Positions 36,394-50,815 of a DNA stretch of 64,000 bases are shown one piece after another. The number at the start of each line of letters is the position of its first letter. Within the stretch, counting starts at the first letter, position 1. The notes under the pieces are model-generated. The model was not told where the DNA came from and ran no database searches. It was given only the letters and a program-made list of their open reading frames with translations. Position numbers and translations under genes: made by a program. Origin of the DNA: Bugula neritina (taxonomy: Eukaryota > Animalia > Bryozoa); the NCBI GenBank assembly GCA_964035545.1, contig OZ037765.1:13154698-13218697 (forward strand), in the 5' to 3' direction.

Positions 36394-37700
36394 GAGGTAA
36401 CAGGGTGTAGGAGGGGGGGGCACAACGGGCCAAATTTTGCCTTTGTTGCTCTCATTCATCTGTTTTTCAAGTTACTAGTTCAATAATCTCTAGTCTTAAT
36501 GCTGCATCTGTTGTCTATTACAGGTACCAGCTTGTTGTTTCTATCTCTCTCACAACTTTCAGAATAATGAAATTTTCATGACGAAAAAATTGGCCCATTG
36601 TGTCCCGGTACCGGGGTACAATGGGCCACTGGGTGGGACACAACAAATATATTGAAATTTTGCGTATTTTGTTACATCTGATCTTTATTTATTTAATATT
36701 ACAAATAAATAAAGATACTCTTTCAGATCTACAGCAACATTCATGTTTTAGCTGTAAAGTTTGTGCCACTACGGATAGCAGAGGAAGGCAAAATCAAACG
36801 CACGTCACTCGGTTCTGCAGTGTCATTGTCATTACTGTTTAGAACTAAAATGTTCTGTTATTTTCACCTCAGAGGAATGTTTATCAAAAAAAAACTTTAG
36901 TAACATGAACTACAAAATTCCGAGTGGACTTTTTTCTATGAACTGTAGCTAAGGTGCATGGCTGAGGTTTGTGACTAGAGTACGGAAAGGAGAGGGGGAG
37001 CAAATGAGCAAATCACAATTTATTTTAGTCAAATACATGTATATTCCTTGAATGGTGTAATATATAATGAATATTATGACTATCTACTAGTAGCAAGTAG
37101 CAACAGCAGAGTGTTTTGTATTATGTATAAAATAGCAAAGCTTTAACCTCACCAGATGTATATATTAGGATAGCTTCAACTTGTAGTTTTGTAGTCTTAC
37201 CATGATGTCTTTGATATTTTACGAAAAGGTCAGAAATGGCTCTATCTATAGATTTTAGTAACATTTCAACCAACTTTTTGAGCAAAAAAGTTAATAACAG
37301 TGATCAGGGTGCAATAATCAGGTGGCCCATTGTGCCCCGTGTGGCCAAATTGAAAATAAATGTGCCTCAAAGAAAATTTATTTCAGAGTTTACTGTTATA
37401 CTAGTTAAGCAATGTAGAGACAAGCAATGGCAACAATATTAGTAAAATATAGGCTTCTTGCCTTTGAGTGTAAAAAGTTATAAAGCTTTAACGACATCCT
37501 AAAAATTTTACAAAAAGTAGTTAAAAACAGTTTTTTACTCACCTTTTCAACATGTATGTTCCGCAAGTAGTGAAACTACAAAGGCTGAATAATTATGTCA
37601 TTATCTTTTTATGAAAAAAAATCACAACTCTATGTAAATAAGTTCTCTCACAATTTGGCCGGCTTTTTGTACCCCTATGACCGTTGTGCCCTGTTACCCC
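36394..37700. mobile_element. Non-autonomous DNA transposon with TA target duplication (Tc1/mariner-like targeting), 1.3 kb
   Basis: TA|GAGGTAACAGGG..CACAACGG at the left, CCGTTGTGCCCTGTTACCCC|TA at the right; paralogous upstream regions show the empty site (ttaaTActatcattaatc); internal ggcccattgtg repeats. Confidence 0.78.
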
Positions 37701-39637
37701 TACCATTATTAATCACATTGCCTTTATTAGAAAAGACTTTGGCTACATAGTGAATGATATGGAAGAGGATGGCCATATTCTAATATTTTGCATAGTGAAA
37801 TAATCCTATTAATTCAAATTCTAATGGATGGATTGTGGTAACCTCACAAATGATTATTAAAAAAAGTTGTGACAATTACGTAAATTAACAAATTTAAAGT
37901 GTTCATTATAAAAAAGCTTTTTTTTACAGCATACCTATGTTTAATTATATACTTTGGCTTTATAACTATGGATTGTAAAGCTTGCTACATTTTTTGCCAA
38001 CCTGCAAAAGAATTGCTATGTTGATATTGACATAATAATGATAATACACATGGTGCAATTATGACAGCTAATACACTGCGGTCTGCATCTGTTATGTACC
38101 AACAAAGGTGTTTACCTTGCCCATCAATTTTTGATTTATTCAAGTTAGTAGGAGCAAAAAAATTTAAAGCTTACAAATAATGTTATGGCATGCAAATAAA
38201 ATTCTGAAATTTAGAATTACTCTATTAGTATTATATATATATTTGCATACAAAAATGTTAAATGAAAATAGTTTGGGTTAAAAATGCATTGGTAAGCATT
38301 AAACACATCAGATAGATATACAGAGGGAACTTTTATTAAAATATAATTTTATTTATTTATTATGATGAAAACCAGGTGCTTAAAAACAGAAAATGCCAGA
38401 TAGAACATTATTAAACTACTATGAATAAATAAGTATATAAATTAGTTGTCAGCATGAAAAAATGGAAACACCAAAGCAAAATTTTCAGCCAGCTATACTT
38501 CGACTTTGTCTGTTTATTCTAAAATATCAGTAAACCATAACAGTTGATTTTAGGAGTTTTTGGAATTTTGTAAATATCATTAAATGCCATCATTAGATAC
38601 AAAAATAAATAACTCCTAAACTTTATAAGCTCTATACATGATAAAAAGTATTTAATTCTAAATGACAATACAGTAGCTAGAATCACTAGATGGATTAGTT
38701 ATCAAAATGTCATAAGCAAATCATTGTTCAGAAAAAAAAAATTTAACATGAACCTCCAAGTTTAAGATTTTAAATTCATTTCTTGTACGTCAAGTTGGGT
38801 CAAAATAATGTTTGATTACCAATATTATAATTGGTTAGCAATTAAAAGCAGTTTTTATGTCAGTTCATTTTCTAGTTCCAAAAAAGTATTGTCCAATTAC
38901 ATATTATAAACTATGCATAAAATATTGCCATGGTTACGTATGAAGGTCTAGTTTTTTGCCATGCAATATGTCAACTCTGAAAATTTTGTTTTATGTCTTA
39001 CTGAAACCACTCTAGTTAGTCACTATTTCATATTAGAGCTCCATCACTTTTAACTATTATATTTCTTCCACTACAACTTCATTACCTCAAGTCTACTGCA
39101 TAATATTGACTTCTTTTAAGAACACATGAACACTGAAGAATGTGAAACAAATGATGAATACTTTTTACTGGCCCATGATCAGAACTTGAAGCCGTAGGAT
39201 TGATGCTTGGCCTTACAGGGGTGTGCTGATTTTCAAATGTAGTATTCTTATAAGAAGAATTAAGATACACAGAAGACCAAACTGTTGAGCAACCCTGGGA
39301 ACCGTAACAAACTTTTATAATTAGTTACAGCTCTTATATATAAATACAACATGGAAAAAAGTAGCAGCACAACATTATGCATTATTGCTATATCTTCCCT
39401 GTAGCTACTGCCGAAATATTGGGTGGTATCGTAGAGAGCATCCTTGTGAACACCCTCACAGCCAATCCCCGTATTCCCTTTGCTTCAAATGAGTCCGTAC
39501 TTTGCATTAAGTACTTTGCATTAACTTACAATTGTGGTTTCATTTAATTGACCTGCTCGAATGAAAAATCCATTCCATCATGCGAACTAGTGGGAGTGTA
39601 GTGAAAGGCACAGAGTATGAACACAGCCAGATTTCAT

Positions 39638-42600
39638 TCAACCACAATGATACTCCCACATCTGAAGAGTACCGTCCCAGCCTGAGCTTATAATATTATT
39701 GTCATAAGGGTGCCACGACACATCCCGAACCACTTCTTCGTCATGACCTTCTGAGTGCCCCGTCACAGAGTTGTACGTCTTTTCCAATATCTGACAAATC
39801 TTCCCGGACAGCAAGTCATAAATCACAACTCGGCCGAAGCCGTCACCGCAGTATATGTACTGCTGGCCAGTGTTGAAGGATGGAGAGAACCGAGCCCGAA
39901 TAAGTGTTCTAATAACACTGTGGCCGTAGTATGTCATTAGTGAACAGTCCCCAGGTAGTTTCTTCTTCACAATCTTACCACTGTATGGGTGCCACCGGTA
40001 GTCCCAGTTTTGTCTAGATATAGCCTTTCTAGTAGCTTCAATACCTTCAGTAGAAGCAAACTTTCTGATGTCCCAAAGTTTAATAGATTGATCCTTGGAA
40101 TTTGTGAGCAAGTATCTCGCATCGTTTCTGCTGTCGATATAAGTGACGGAATCGTAGTGGCCGGCCAGCTGTCCAACAGGAAGTGGCGACTCCTCTCTTA
40201 GGATTCTACGATCCCAGACTTTGATGATGCCATCCTCTCCGCCACTGTACAAGATATGTCCACTATCATCTGCAAAGCAGACGCATGAGAGATCATCATC
40301 GTGAGCGTGAAGTTTCATGGTTCGGTTATTCAGCTCTCTGTTATATATGTATATGAGGCCTCCATTGGCTCCGGCTATTATTTCAGAATCATCAAAGTTA
40401 AATTGAATGGAGAAAATCCCCGACCGATTGTAAATGTCATCAGGGTTGAGATGCAGGGCTTGGTGACTGTCTGAATCGCCCCTGATGTTACAGATATGAA
40501 TGTACTCTGACCAACTAGAGTATATCACGTGATTTCCTCCATGACTGAAGTCCACATCTAACACACTCCAGCCCACATCCTTACACGGAATAGACTTCAG
40601 CTCCGCCCATTGACCGTTGGCTGTGTCAAAGATTCGGAGTTGTGCATCTTGGCATGACGACATGAAGAGATCTCCTTTTTTATTATATACACCTGCAGTA
40701 CATAAACCAAACATGGCATTGCAACTGGATATATACATTCATCATACTGTATCATATGCTAATGGTAATAGTAATCTCTTTTAGGCACATGCTATAGATT
40801 ACAGCAGTGGTTGAGAATGTAATAGAAGGAATTTGGTACAAACATATCTCTATAAATAATTTTGTTCTTTGTAATAGAACTCTGGTTTAGACTAAAGTTT
40901 CTGGTTATAATATGTAGCGGAAACTTAAAGGAAAGTAATGAATTGATAATACATGCAGTCTTTAATAGGACTTGTGTAATTTTATACAATTTGTGGTTTC
41001 TATTTAAAATGGCAGCTAAAAACTAAAAAAATATGTTTTCTTACAAAAATAGACAAAATCTTATATTCACATAAAACACATTTGAATTTTAGCAAAAAGT
41101 AGACATTAAAGCTATTTGAGATGAACTTTTCCAGTGGGCATGTGCAGAAAATATGTATGTTATAGACCTGTTCCAGCCAATGACTGCACCACTATATCCA
41201 TTTTAATGCCACTTATTGTTACAGAAGTTTACCATACAGTGAACTGACTAATGTTTAGTATTTTTGCAAATAATTTGGCTTTTGGAAGCAATTAAAACAA
41301 TTTTTTATTTTTGTTTTACCAATTTTCTTAATAAAATGCTTTTGCAAAGTGAGGCAAAAGCCCTTGTTATCCCATGTTTACTTTCACAACAGCTCACCAC
41401 AAATAACTCATTTTCATTTACTTTCCATAACATAACGTTCCAAAATAACTAAAAACAAAATTGGTTGGCCCATCAATTCCCTAATTGCAGCAGCATCAGT
41501 AGAAATTTATTTCACAAAACCTAATTCTGTGTTCTGCTGAGTAACGCAAAGCTCACTAAATTCACAAATTTAATGTGTTGCGCTGAAAGAAGACCCGTAT
41601 TGCCAGAAACTCTTATAGTGCCCTATATGGTAAGACATGCCTTTATTTATTTTATCCTACAAGGAGCTGAGTTCTAACTCCACTTGAAGCAGATGAAAGC
41701 TTATTCACTATTAACTACATTTATATTTCATCTTACCCACACTTATTTACTGATGTTAATCACTGTTAAAATCTGAGTACAAAGAGAAGAGATGTAGCTC
41801 TAACATCTAGTGTGGACAAAGCTGGGTTATTCAGCCTAACAATAGGAGTTGCCCTGCAAATGGCAGCCTGTAATCCATTATATTAATTTGATAAATAATT
41901 TGACACTTTTTTCATTATAGCAACAATCATTTAGCATTCTATTTCACTTGTTTACTTAATATTTTAGATAACAGAATAAATTAGCTGATTAAACTGACAC
42001 GTTCATAAAACAAATAATTTTAGAATCTTTAATTAATGAACTTCATATGCTGTGTAATACTTTGCCCATTTCTTCCAACTACTATGAGTAATAATAAGCT
42101 GACAAATGAATATTTTTGTAAACTTTTTGAATATAACAACCAATTAGTTTTTCTACAAAACCAAGCAACCCGAGGGGAAAGGAAGGGGAGGGTGTAACAA
42201 GTCATTCTGCTTTCTCCAACTGAGCCTAAGCCTAAAACTATACTGCACCTTGAAAAACAGGATAATAATATATTAATTTAGATTCTCTAGTTTATAAATT
42301 AGGCAGGAACAACCTAAACGCTACAAAATATTATTTTAGTAGTTGCCTTCTCATTGTTGTAAATCATTTTCGCCATTTAAATATTTTATATGAGCCATTA
42401 TGTAAAACCAAGATAGTAAATAATTGATTGTCTAGTTATTATTAAATTCTCACCACAAAAGAACTTTTGACGCATCTTCAAAAGTCTCTTTGGATTATGT
42501 TTGGTAGGGAGAAAAGCAGATGAGGCCTGTATTCTACCAGCAACGCTAATGGAGCCGTTGTCACCCAAACAGCCGATCTCTCGCATGCCAATGAGTCTCG

Positions 42601-44711
42601 GCAGAGAGGAACGCATACAGGAAGTGTGCGTATTAGGAGAACTAGTGCAACCAGACTCATAAGCCATTTGGTGCTTCAAATCACCTACAGCATAGTAACA
42701 CAGTTCTATTGATATTCAAGCATATTGACATCATATCAACAGATATACTTGCCATTTACCTGTAGAAATAAAACATTTTAATAGAATTCCTCTTTTCAGT
42801 ATTAAGCATCACAGAAGGCAAGACAACTCCTTGCATATTTCAACAGAAAATCAAACCAATTTTGAAGCATTAAATACTATGCATAATTTATAACAAACTT
42901 GAAGTTGAATAATTTTGTGATGCTGATAAAAATTTCATAACAATCACAGTTCTATGTTTTCACCTCACAATAACATCAAAAATTTCTTTATTTAAGAACC
43001 GAAAAATTCCCTTACTCTGGTCTAGCACGGAGGTATCAGGAGAATCGGGAGGTTGAGGTATTCGCTGACGATTATAATGCCTGGATGTTAAGAAGCTGCT
43101 ACTGACATAGTCCAGGCCCTCGTCACTGCTGTCGCTGTCATCTCCATTTCTGTTCATAAGTAAGCGAACTCCTAACTGTATGAAATGTTAATGAATTATA
43201 GCAATGATGCCAGATATAAATGTTATTGTCTATTCTTGAGAATATTACAGTCTTACAACCAAAGTAGTAAAATTTTGATCTCCAAAATACATTGATAATA
43301 TAAACATATCAATTGCAAAGTGAAGAATTTTTTCATCAAGTCCTGATACTTTATTAAATCCCATACTTGTCGAAAAAAACTAGTAGCAATGAATAGTAAT
43401 TAATATACCAGCAGCATTTTATTCTATTCGTTACAGAACAGTCCACTAAAATAACTTATATATCTCATCAGAAGACTACAATAAAAAAGTTTATTAAAAT
43501 GTAAAATTTAGTACTGAAGGTGACAACATCAATTGAACGAATAGATAGGGGAGACAACTCACATTTCCAGCAGCATTCCCCTGAAGTATGTATTGTAAAA
43601 CTTCCAAGAGTGCAGAGCCTCCAGCAGATGCTTCCTCCCCATCAGACTGTTGAGGAGAATCACTTTGTTCATTGTCTGCCTCTACACTGAGCTCAGCATG
43701 ATCTGCCTGGGAGCTGCCGTCTGTATTGCCTTCTTCGGACAACTCCGACGTTGATACCAAATCTGACATGCTTAATTCTAAAGTGGTTATGAAAGGATAA
43801 CTACCACTAGACATGCAGAAAATAGATTTCTATATTTGTGCATAAAAATAGCTAAGCAGAGAAATTACTAGTACGGCACATGATTCACAAATAGGCTGAC
43901 ATAGACTAATGCTAAACATAACTATAACTAAAACACTACTATAGTTTGCTGTAAGCTCTCAGCTTCTGAAGAAAGTAGTAACATTCTCCGACCAAGCATT
44001 AGAATAAGTTGACTAAATTCATTAAACAGATTAGTACACCATAAAAATAAATTTGATGACATGAAGGGATACAAAGTCTTGAATGAATAAATTATTCAAA
44101 TAAGAATGATAATTAATTTTTAGAAAATTTCTGCATTCTTATATTGAAGAAATGAAGTTGAACCCTGTTGGTGAAATATTTTAATGAATCAAAAAGGTAG
44201 AAAAATAAAACCAAAATATTTTTAGTAAAAATACACATTGTAAAACAAAAAAATGTATTTTTACCATAAAAATATTGTGATTTGTAACAGTTGTACACAG
44301 AAGAAAATTCATATTATATTCACATATCATAAGAGAGTGAAAACAGTAAAAATCTTACAAGAGAATCCTTGCAAAATAAAAACACAAGTATCCAACTTTA
44401 AACTAAAATTTCAAAAGGATAATGGTGCATGCTTTTTTCAGCATTATTTTTGCAAGATAGCAAAACAACAAACGCAAAAATAAATAAATAGAAGTTTGAA
44501 TGTATCATTTTCAAAGCAATTCGCTAAGTTTATTCCTTGCCAGGTAAGAGATTTACACATAAAACGCTTTGGCCTGAGCTTAAAAATACTTGCTACATTT
44601 TAAGGCATAAGATGGCGTTACAAATTTGCTAATTAATATTGATGTTGTCACTTCCAGTAAACTAGAAACATAAAGAAAAACAGGTTAAGAAATACTTACA
44701 GATTGCCCCAT
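39638..44711 (-). CDS. DCAF11: DDB1- and CUL4-associated factor 11 (WDR23), ~574 aa; exons 44711-44700 (tentative), 43829-43563, 43175-43016, 42684-42454, 40692-39638
   Basis: LEVLQYIL..GVRLL, PDTSVLD, QKFFCG|VYNKKGDLFMSSCQD, DVGWSVLDVDFS, YSSWSEYIHICNI, WDRR, NSKDQSIKLWDIR, NWDYRW, GHSVIRTLIRARFSP, VRDVSWHPY are DCAF11 signatures. Exon total 1725 nt. The 5' end is less certain. Confidence 0.93.
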
Positions 44712-45039
44712 CTTTAACTGCCGAAAAAAGCCAATGGAACTGAGGTTAGTATATCATTGGGTGCTACAACCTACAAATACCAGGTGACACTACAGCTAAA
44801 ATTTCAAGCCAGCAAAACAGTTGGATTATGAAAAAAGAATTAAACATATTTTACATTTCTCTACCAAACAGCACTTTTTACACCCTTAGCAAGTTTGAGG
44901 CTCACCATTATACAATACAGGAAGTCAACAGCTGCAAGTTATACTATGGAGTTTATACATTATACAGATGCACGTGCACGCACATATATAATCATCATTG
45001 CACTACCATCGCAGTTCTTTGAACGCTGGTGATGCGACT

Positions 45040-45970
45040 CACTGCAGATGCTATTTTAATTGCTATCGGTGCGGTGTTAGTGCAGAGTAATGGACCTGTA
45101 GAACATGCAGCAAAATCATTGTCTGATACTCAAATGAGATGTGCTAAGATAGAGAACTAGTTGCTTACTGAGAGGTTAAAAGAAAAATGAATGGATTGTT
45201 TCTTGACTCCACCCGAGACACCAAGGACAACTAATAGTGTGATGAATGAACCCAGCAGGTCAACCAGTACAAGCTAAAATCAGCATCACTATAGGAGCGT
45301 ATGTCACTGTAGTTTAAGCTAGAGTGAATGATACTAGGGCCGACAAACACATTTAATTTACAGAGATCAACTATGAGACATCTCAGCTCAAGTATTAGAG
45401 CAACATGCACATGTTAGGTCAAGGTACAATTGTAATACAACAGATAAGAAAAAGAAGCTGAGCACTTTCTTAATTGAGCAACAAGATGTCTTCCGCAGAG
45501 AAAATGGAGATGTTGGAAAGACATAAACAGTAGATCAAAGGACGCTGAAGTGAAAAGACATGTTAAAGAGGCATGATGGAGCCAGCTAGTAGTAATTTTA
45601 GCTTTTTGGTCACGTTTAGTACAAAAAAAGATAACTCCTGGAGGTTTTGTGTAGTCTATAATGCCAGCTGAGCTCTGTCACTCAACAGCATGCTTATCCG
45701 CTACCTCACAAAAGTTAGAGTTTTTATGCACTGGCTGCGGGCCAATACTTTAGCACACTAGAACTAATTAATGAACATTGGCAAAAGCCTGGATAATGAT
45801 GCTCGAGGAAACTCTGTTTTCGGTACTCGTTCTGGGTTGTAGGAGTGGAATGTTCTCCATTTGGGTCGACTTCAACTTTGCTACACTCTGATTTTTGATA
45901 GAACAATTTATTCATGGACTACACTGGAAAACTTTTCTTCTGTACCTAGATGACATTATGGCCCTGGAAT
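45040..45970 (+). mobile_element. Ty3/Gypsy pol relics (RNase H fragment, then RT fragments)
   Basis: TADAILIAIGAVLVQSNGPVEHAAKSLSDTQMRCAKIE (RNase H, ~45041-45156); LVQKKDNSWRFCV, HAYPLP, LLYLDDIM (RT, ~45570-45965); heavily disrupted. Confidence 0.75.
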
Positions 45971-48133
45971 TCCTAATTCAGGCTGAATGACTAAGAAGAG
46001 TAACCTGGATGCAAGTCAGATTTCAGCGCTTTCATTGCTACACTCTAAACACAGAATGATGTGTGTCAAGTAAAAGGAACCTGGGAATAATCACTAATAT
46101 ATCTCAGCTACAGATGCCCTATCTGACCAGCAACTTCAATTGGTGCCCCTGAGAACGCTAATGAAAGGGAAGTATATGTGATGGCCAGCTCCTTAAATGA
46201 TGGACAGACATTTCAGAGGTCTTGCTTTTTGTTGTCATATAGTTGGTTTGAAGTGTCTAACTTAGGTAAATGTTGTAATTAAAGTAAATATTTAATTCCT
46301 TACAACTGCCTTTAATGCTATGTAACATGGTGTGCATCTTCGAGTGTTGTTTTTCCCGCAAATTTGTTTTTTATTGCATGTAGAGTGACGTTAAATTCTT
46401 GCATCTCCTTGCATGGGTGTAAGGGCCAATGCAGTAGTGACAGTCTTTACTGCAGAAATTACATGTGGAGCTAGATTTGTTATTTTTTCTTGACTATGTA
46501 GTCGGTATGAATCTGCTCTGCTTGCTTGGTGCTGCTCTGTACTGCAGACCTCCAGTAATCCCAAGATCCCTAAAGGCTTTCCCATGAATACATTTTAATC
46601 TCATCAATCTTCATGCCTCTCTTGCAAGTGTCCTTTAAGGACAATCTAGAACAGCTATTAGGTCTGCCATTTTCTGAAAGCTCTTCATGCAATAGATCCT
46701 TGAGAATCTGGTCATTTCTCATTCTACACATGCTCAAGCCATCGAAAATACTGCTGATTTGAAGGTGTGAAGACTTTATACAATTGATGTATTATTATAT
46801 TTATCTTTATTAATAATCATAATTAAAATTGAATTCTTATCAAATTTAATAAATTAATTGACATAAATATAATAATATCAGTATGAAGATCAACATGAGT
46901 TTCCCATGACTTATGAAATTAAGCTTAGGCATTGAAACTCACATTGTTATTGTATTTGATAACACTAACTTCTCATTGACTTACTGAATAGGATTTTGAA
47001 CACAATCCAAGTTACTGACACATTTATTTTCATTGCGATTGCATTACAAGTTATAACTATATAAGTATTTAGTTTTACTATTTTAGTATTTACTATTTAG
47101 TAATTTACTAATTTAGATTTTATCATTATCATAGCCATAGCCCATGGCCATTGGCATACTCATACTCATAGGCTTACTGCTAGGCATAAGTTTAAGACTT
47201 TGAACTACTTCTACTACTAGTACTACTGCTACTACTAGTGTTACACTTACTCTTAGCGATTAAATTTAGTCACCACGCAATAGTATCCCCTGTAAGTGTA
47301 TCAGGATCAGTATGAGTATAACTATCAGACCATTACTCATTACACTGATTACAGTCAGTACTTATTAGACTTAGTGATTACAATTTACATTTACTGATAA
47401 ACTTTAAGTGATGACAATAATACTCACAATGTCAATTGACATTTACAATCTGAATCACTGATGGTGATAGTGATATTCATATTGATAACATTATGATTAA
47501 CTTCAAGTGATCACTTGTTGGTTTTTGCCGTTGGCCGTGTAGGTAAATTTAGAATTTTCAACAATAACTATACTATTAGTATTAGTATTAGTTGATCGAC
47601 AACCTATTGATTTAAATGCAACCTTTTGCAGAGTTGATACTTATTTATCAACCGTTGCTGTGAAGTGTAAAAGCGTTGCAGTAAACTTGTGCAGAGTCAT
47701 TGCTGTAGTTATTATCTCGATACTACCGAGCGTTCGTAATTTATATGTTGGCAAGAATAAATTTGTTATGTAATTTTTAAACCGAGACATCGCGCAAGCG
47801 AAATTTCTTATGGTAAAACAACTCCACAATTTAGCTTCTAGTCCTAAAACTGAAATAGATTCATAAAGCATACTCATAATGATACTCGCTGAACCATAAG
47901 TTTTAGTTTATTGGGGGTACTGATAGTGATAGGCTAGTCATACTACATACTCATAGTCACCGTCAGTCTGAATGGAGTGATTGAGTGTAATAGTTTGCAA
48001 TTCTCAATTCTGGAGTTAGGGGCTCCAGGCTCTAATTATACCCCCTACTGGCTACTACTACTACACTCCGTCACCCCCAACTCAGAGCTGCCTATAAAAC
48101 TATTTCAATTTGGCCAGCATTAGCATAGTCATA

Positions 48134-50070
48134 CCCCTCATTCACACTTACCGTACCGTACGCCGTAACAGCAAATTTTAGCGATTTTTGTTAACATCCG
48201 GGCTAAATCGTACTCCGGTATACGTTGCGGCGTTGATCAAGCAGTGCTTGATTCAAAAAATCACGGCGGGCTCCTATTGGGTAGAGTTGATCTGGTACTA
48301 AAATTTAAAGAACATTTTCGCTAGTTTATTTTAATCGCTTATTTTTTATTTAATTTAATCAATTCAAAAGTTTTAAAAGATTAAAAAATCTTTATCCGGC
48401 TTGTTTGAATTAAACTCAGCTTAAAAATCTAGCTTTCCCTAATTACAAAATCAAGCAAACCATGATGATGATGAACTCTTTATTGATAAAATAATACAAG
48501 AAAAAAAGAAAATACCTCTATTTGCAGGCAAAGATGAAAGTTAATATTTTCGAATGTATAAAAAATACAATCTACAGTATATTTGTATAACAGTTTTTTT
48601 GTTTTTGTTTTTTTTTTAATATTATAAGGTACATATAATATTATTATATAAATACAGTATGATGCTTGAAAATAAAGATTGTATTGAGTATTATATTGAG
48701 TGTATGAGTGTTATAGCCTGGCCTTGGTTGTCATCTGTTCTGGGTAATTAGAACATCAGTCTTCTAGTGAGGTTCAAGAATGAAATGACTGATTCCCAGT
48801 TATCCGTGGAGGGGTTAGTATGAGCTCTGGCGACATCATAGTCTGCACACAAGTACATGTAGTGATATGCTGTTTCTTCTTCTATTAAACAAGTACATAC
48901 TGGGGTGTATGTAAGATTTATCCTGTATTGGAAAGAAAGGAGCCTGCTGTGACCAGTGAGAAGATCACATAATGCCCCAACATCTTTTCTCCTGTTGTTC
49001 AATGGTAGTGGTTTGTGGAACAAATGTTCCGGTTCCAGAACTGAGAGTATGCCATATGGGCACATCCCAGTTGCGAGCTGTGCATTCCATTGGCGTGTCC
49101 ATTCATTTTGTATGCAGTTGGTGATCTTGTGCCTTGTAAGATCTACTGGTTGTAGATCTGTTAATTTAGTTGTCCGGTGGACCAGTTTCTTTATGTCTGA
49201 CATGAACTTTAGGGTAATTGCGCTTCGAGGTGTGTCCGAGAGCATGGATACGTTATCAGTTTTTACCAATCCTCTGATTAATTGCAATCTTTCTTTGGTG
49301 TATACAAGGTTTACTGGTGGGATGTTTGCCAACAAGTGTAGTGATTCGGTGGGAGGGTTGTAGTGAGCTCCGAGTAGCAGTTTGATATAAGTGTGCAGGG
49401 AGATCTTGGTTTTGTAGTCCCATAGAGAGGCGCCGTAGAGAGCTTTTGGCATGATCACTTGTGTGAGAATTTTCTTTGAGGTGTCTGGGCTAAGCCCAGC
49501 GTAGATAAATGGTTTCAGCATATTCATACGTTGAGTGAGACATTTAGTACTTGTGCTGTACTGTTTTTCGAAGGTTAGATGGTCATCAACAGTTATACCA
49601 AGAACCTTGGAGGAGGTGGAAATTTGTATGGTGTTAGCATTTATAATTGGGGGTGTGATAATTAAATACCACAATTTCTGTTTTCTGGTAGTTGATGAGT
49701 AGGTTCCAAGCAAACCAAAAACTTAAAAATGATTTGGACGGCTTAAATATTCATTATTTAAATTAGTTTGCACAATTATTTTAAAAACGAATATATTTAA
49801 AAAAAGATTCTTTTCATGTAATTGCTTTTATCTAGTAAATAGCATTTATATAACATCTTTTGATAAGAATGTTGCGAATAAGTTGTAAATAGTATTCAAA
49901 GGCGTTCAAATCACCGCAGACAAGAGTTGGCTTTATTATGATTGGTCACAGCTCAACGTCATGCATTGTACTTTTACGGCAATGTGTGAACACCCGTTGA
50001 CAAAATGCAACAGCGTCGCCATTTTATTTTCGCTGTTACGGCGTACGATACGGTAAGTGTGAATGAGGGG
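48134..50070. mobile_element. PIF/Harbinger-like MITE (~0.7 kb of own sequence) interrupted by a LINE
   Basis: 39-bp TIRs CCCCTCATTCACACTTACCGTAYCGTACGCCGTAACAGC (one mismatch); 3-bp TSD ATA (48131-48133 and 50071-50073). Superfamily inferred from TSD length. Confidence 0.8.
48463..49706 (-). mobile_element. 5'-truncated non-LTR retrotransposon (RT thumb plus C-terminal CCHC knuckle)
   Basis: ORF 48748-49713: SKVLGITVDDHLTF, LLTGHSRL..PVCTC..EETAYHYMYLC; AATAAA then a (CAT)n tail; 11-bp TSD CAAGCAAACCA (48452-48462 and 49707-49717). Clade not determined. Confidence 0.9.
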
Positions 50071-50559
50071 ATAGTGTAACTACGTCTACATGTCGTACTC
50101 GTATTGATATATTCATATATAGTATGTCGTCATAATGACACGAACGTAACCATAATGATAGTCACTTTATCATAGTCATAATGATAATGTTGAGATTAAA
50201 AAATAAAATTCAACATGAAGAATGTAACGCTAACACTCCATCAGTGTTTAGTAATTTACAAAAATTAGTTAATTACTATACCAATAATTTCAATATTAAT
50301 ATAAATATTTAAATAAGGAATAATTGTAATAATAATTATAATAATATGATATTCAACTCATATTCATATTAATATGAATATGGTGGTCATTTATGATATT
50401 GATGATTATAATCAACAAATCGTTACTATTAGTATTAGTATTACTATTGTGATATTTTTGTGGGTTGAATAGAACTAGTGCCTGAACATACTCTTTGTTA
50501 GAGAGAACAAGATGTATTCAGTATTGTATAGTTGAAGAAATCTTTATTTAGTCGAATTA

Positions 50560-50815
50560 TATATAATAGTGAAGGTCCTCTGCCAGTGAGCTCCAGTAGT
50601 AGACTGAACTACACTGGAGCTCGCTGGCTTTTATATACAACAAGATACAGTGCTTTTTCATTGTTGCCGAGATCGGAGGCCCGAAATGCCGAAAATCGGC
50701 ATTTCGGTAGTCCGAAACACCGAATTTCGGCACTTCGGGCTTCCGGTAGCCCGAAATGCCGATTTTCGGTATTTCGGCATTTCGGAAAACCGAAATGCCG
50801 ATCTCGCAACCGGAA
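50560..50815. repeat. Hairpin plus CCGAAATGCCGA / TCGGCATTTCGG inverted-tandem array
   Basis: Perfect 10-bp arms GAGCTCCAGT/ACTGGAGCTC, then at least six ccgaaatgccga-type motifs in both orientations (50680-50805). Confidence 0.75.
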
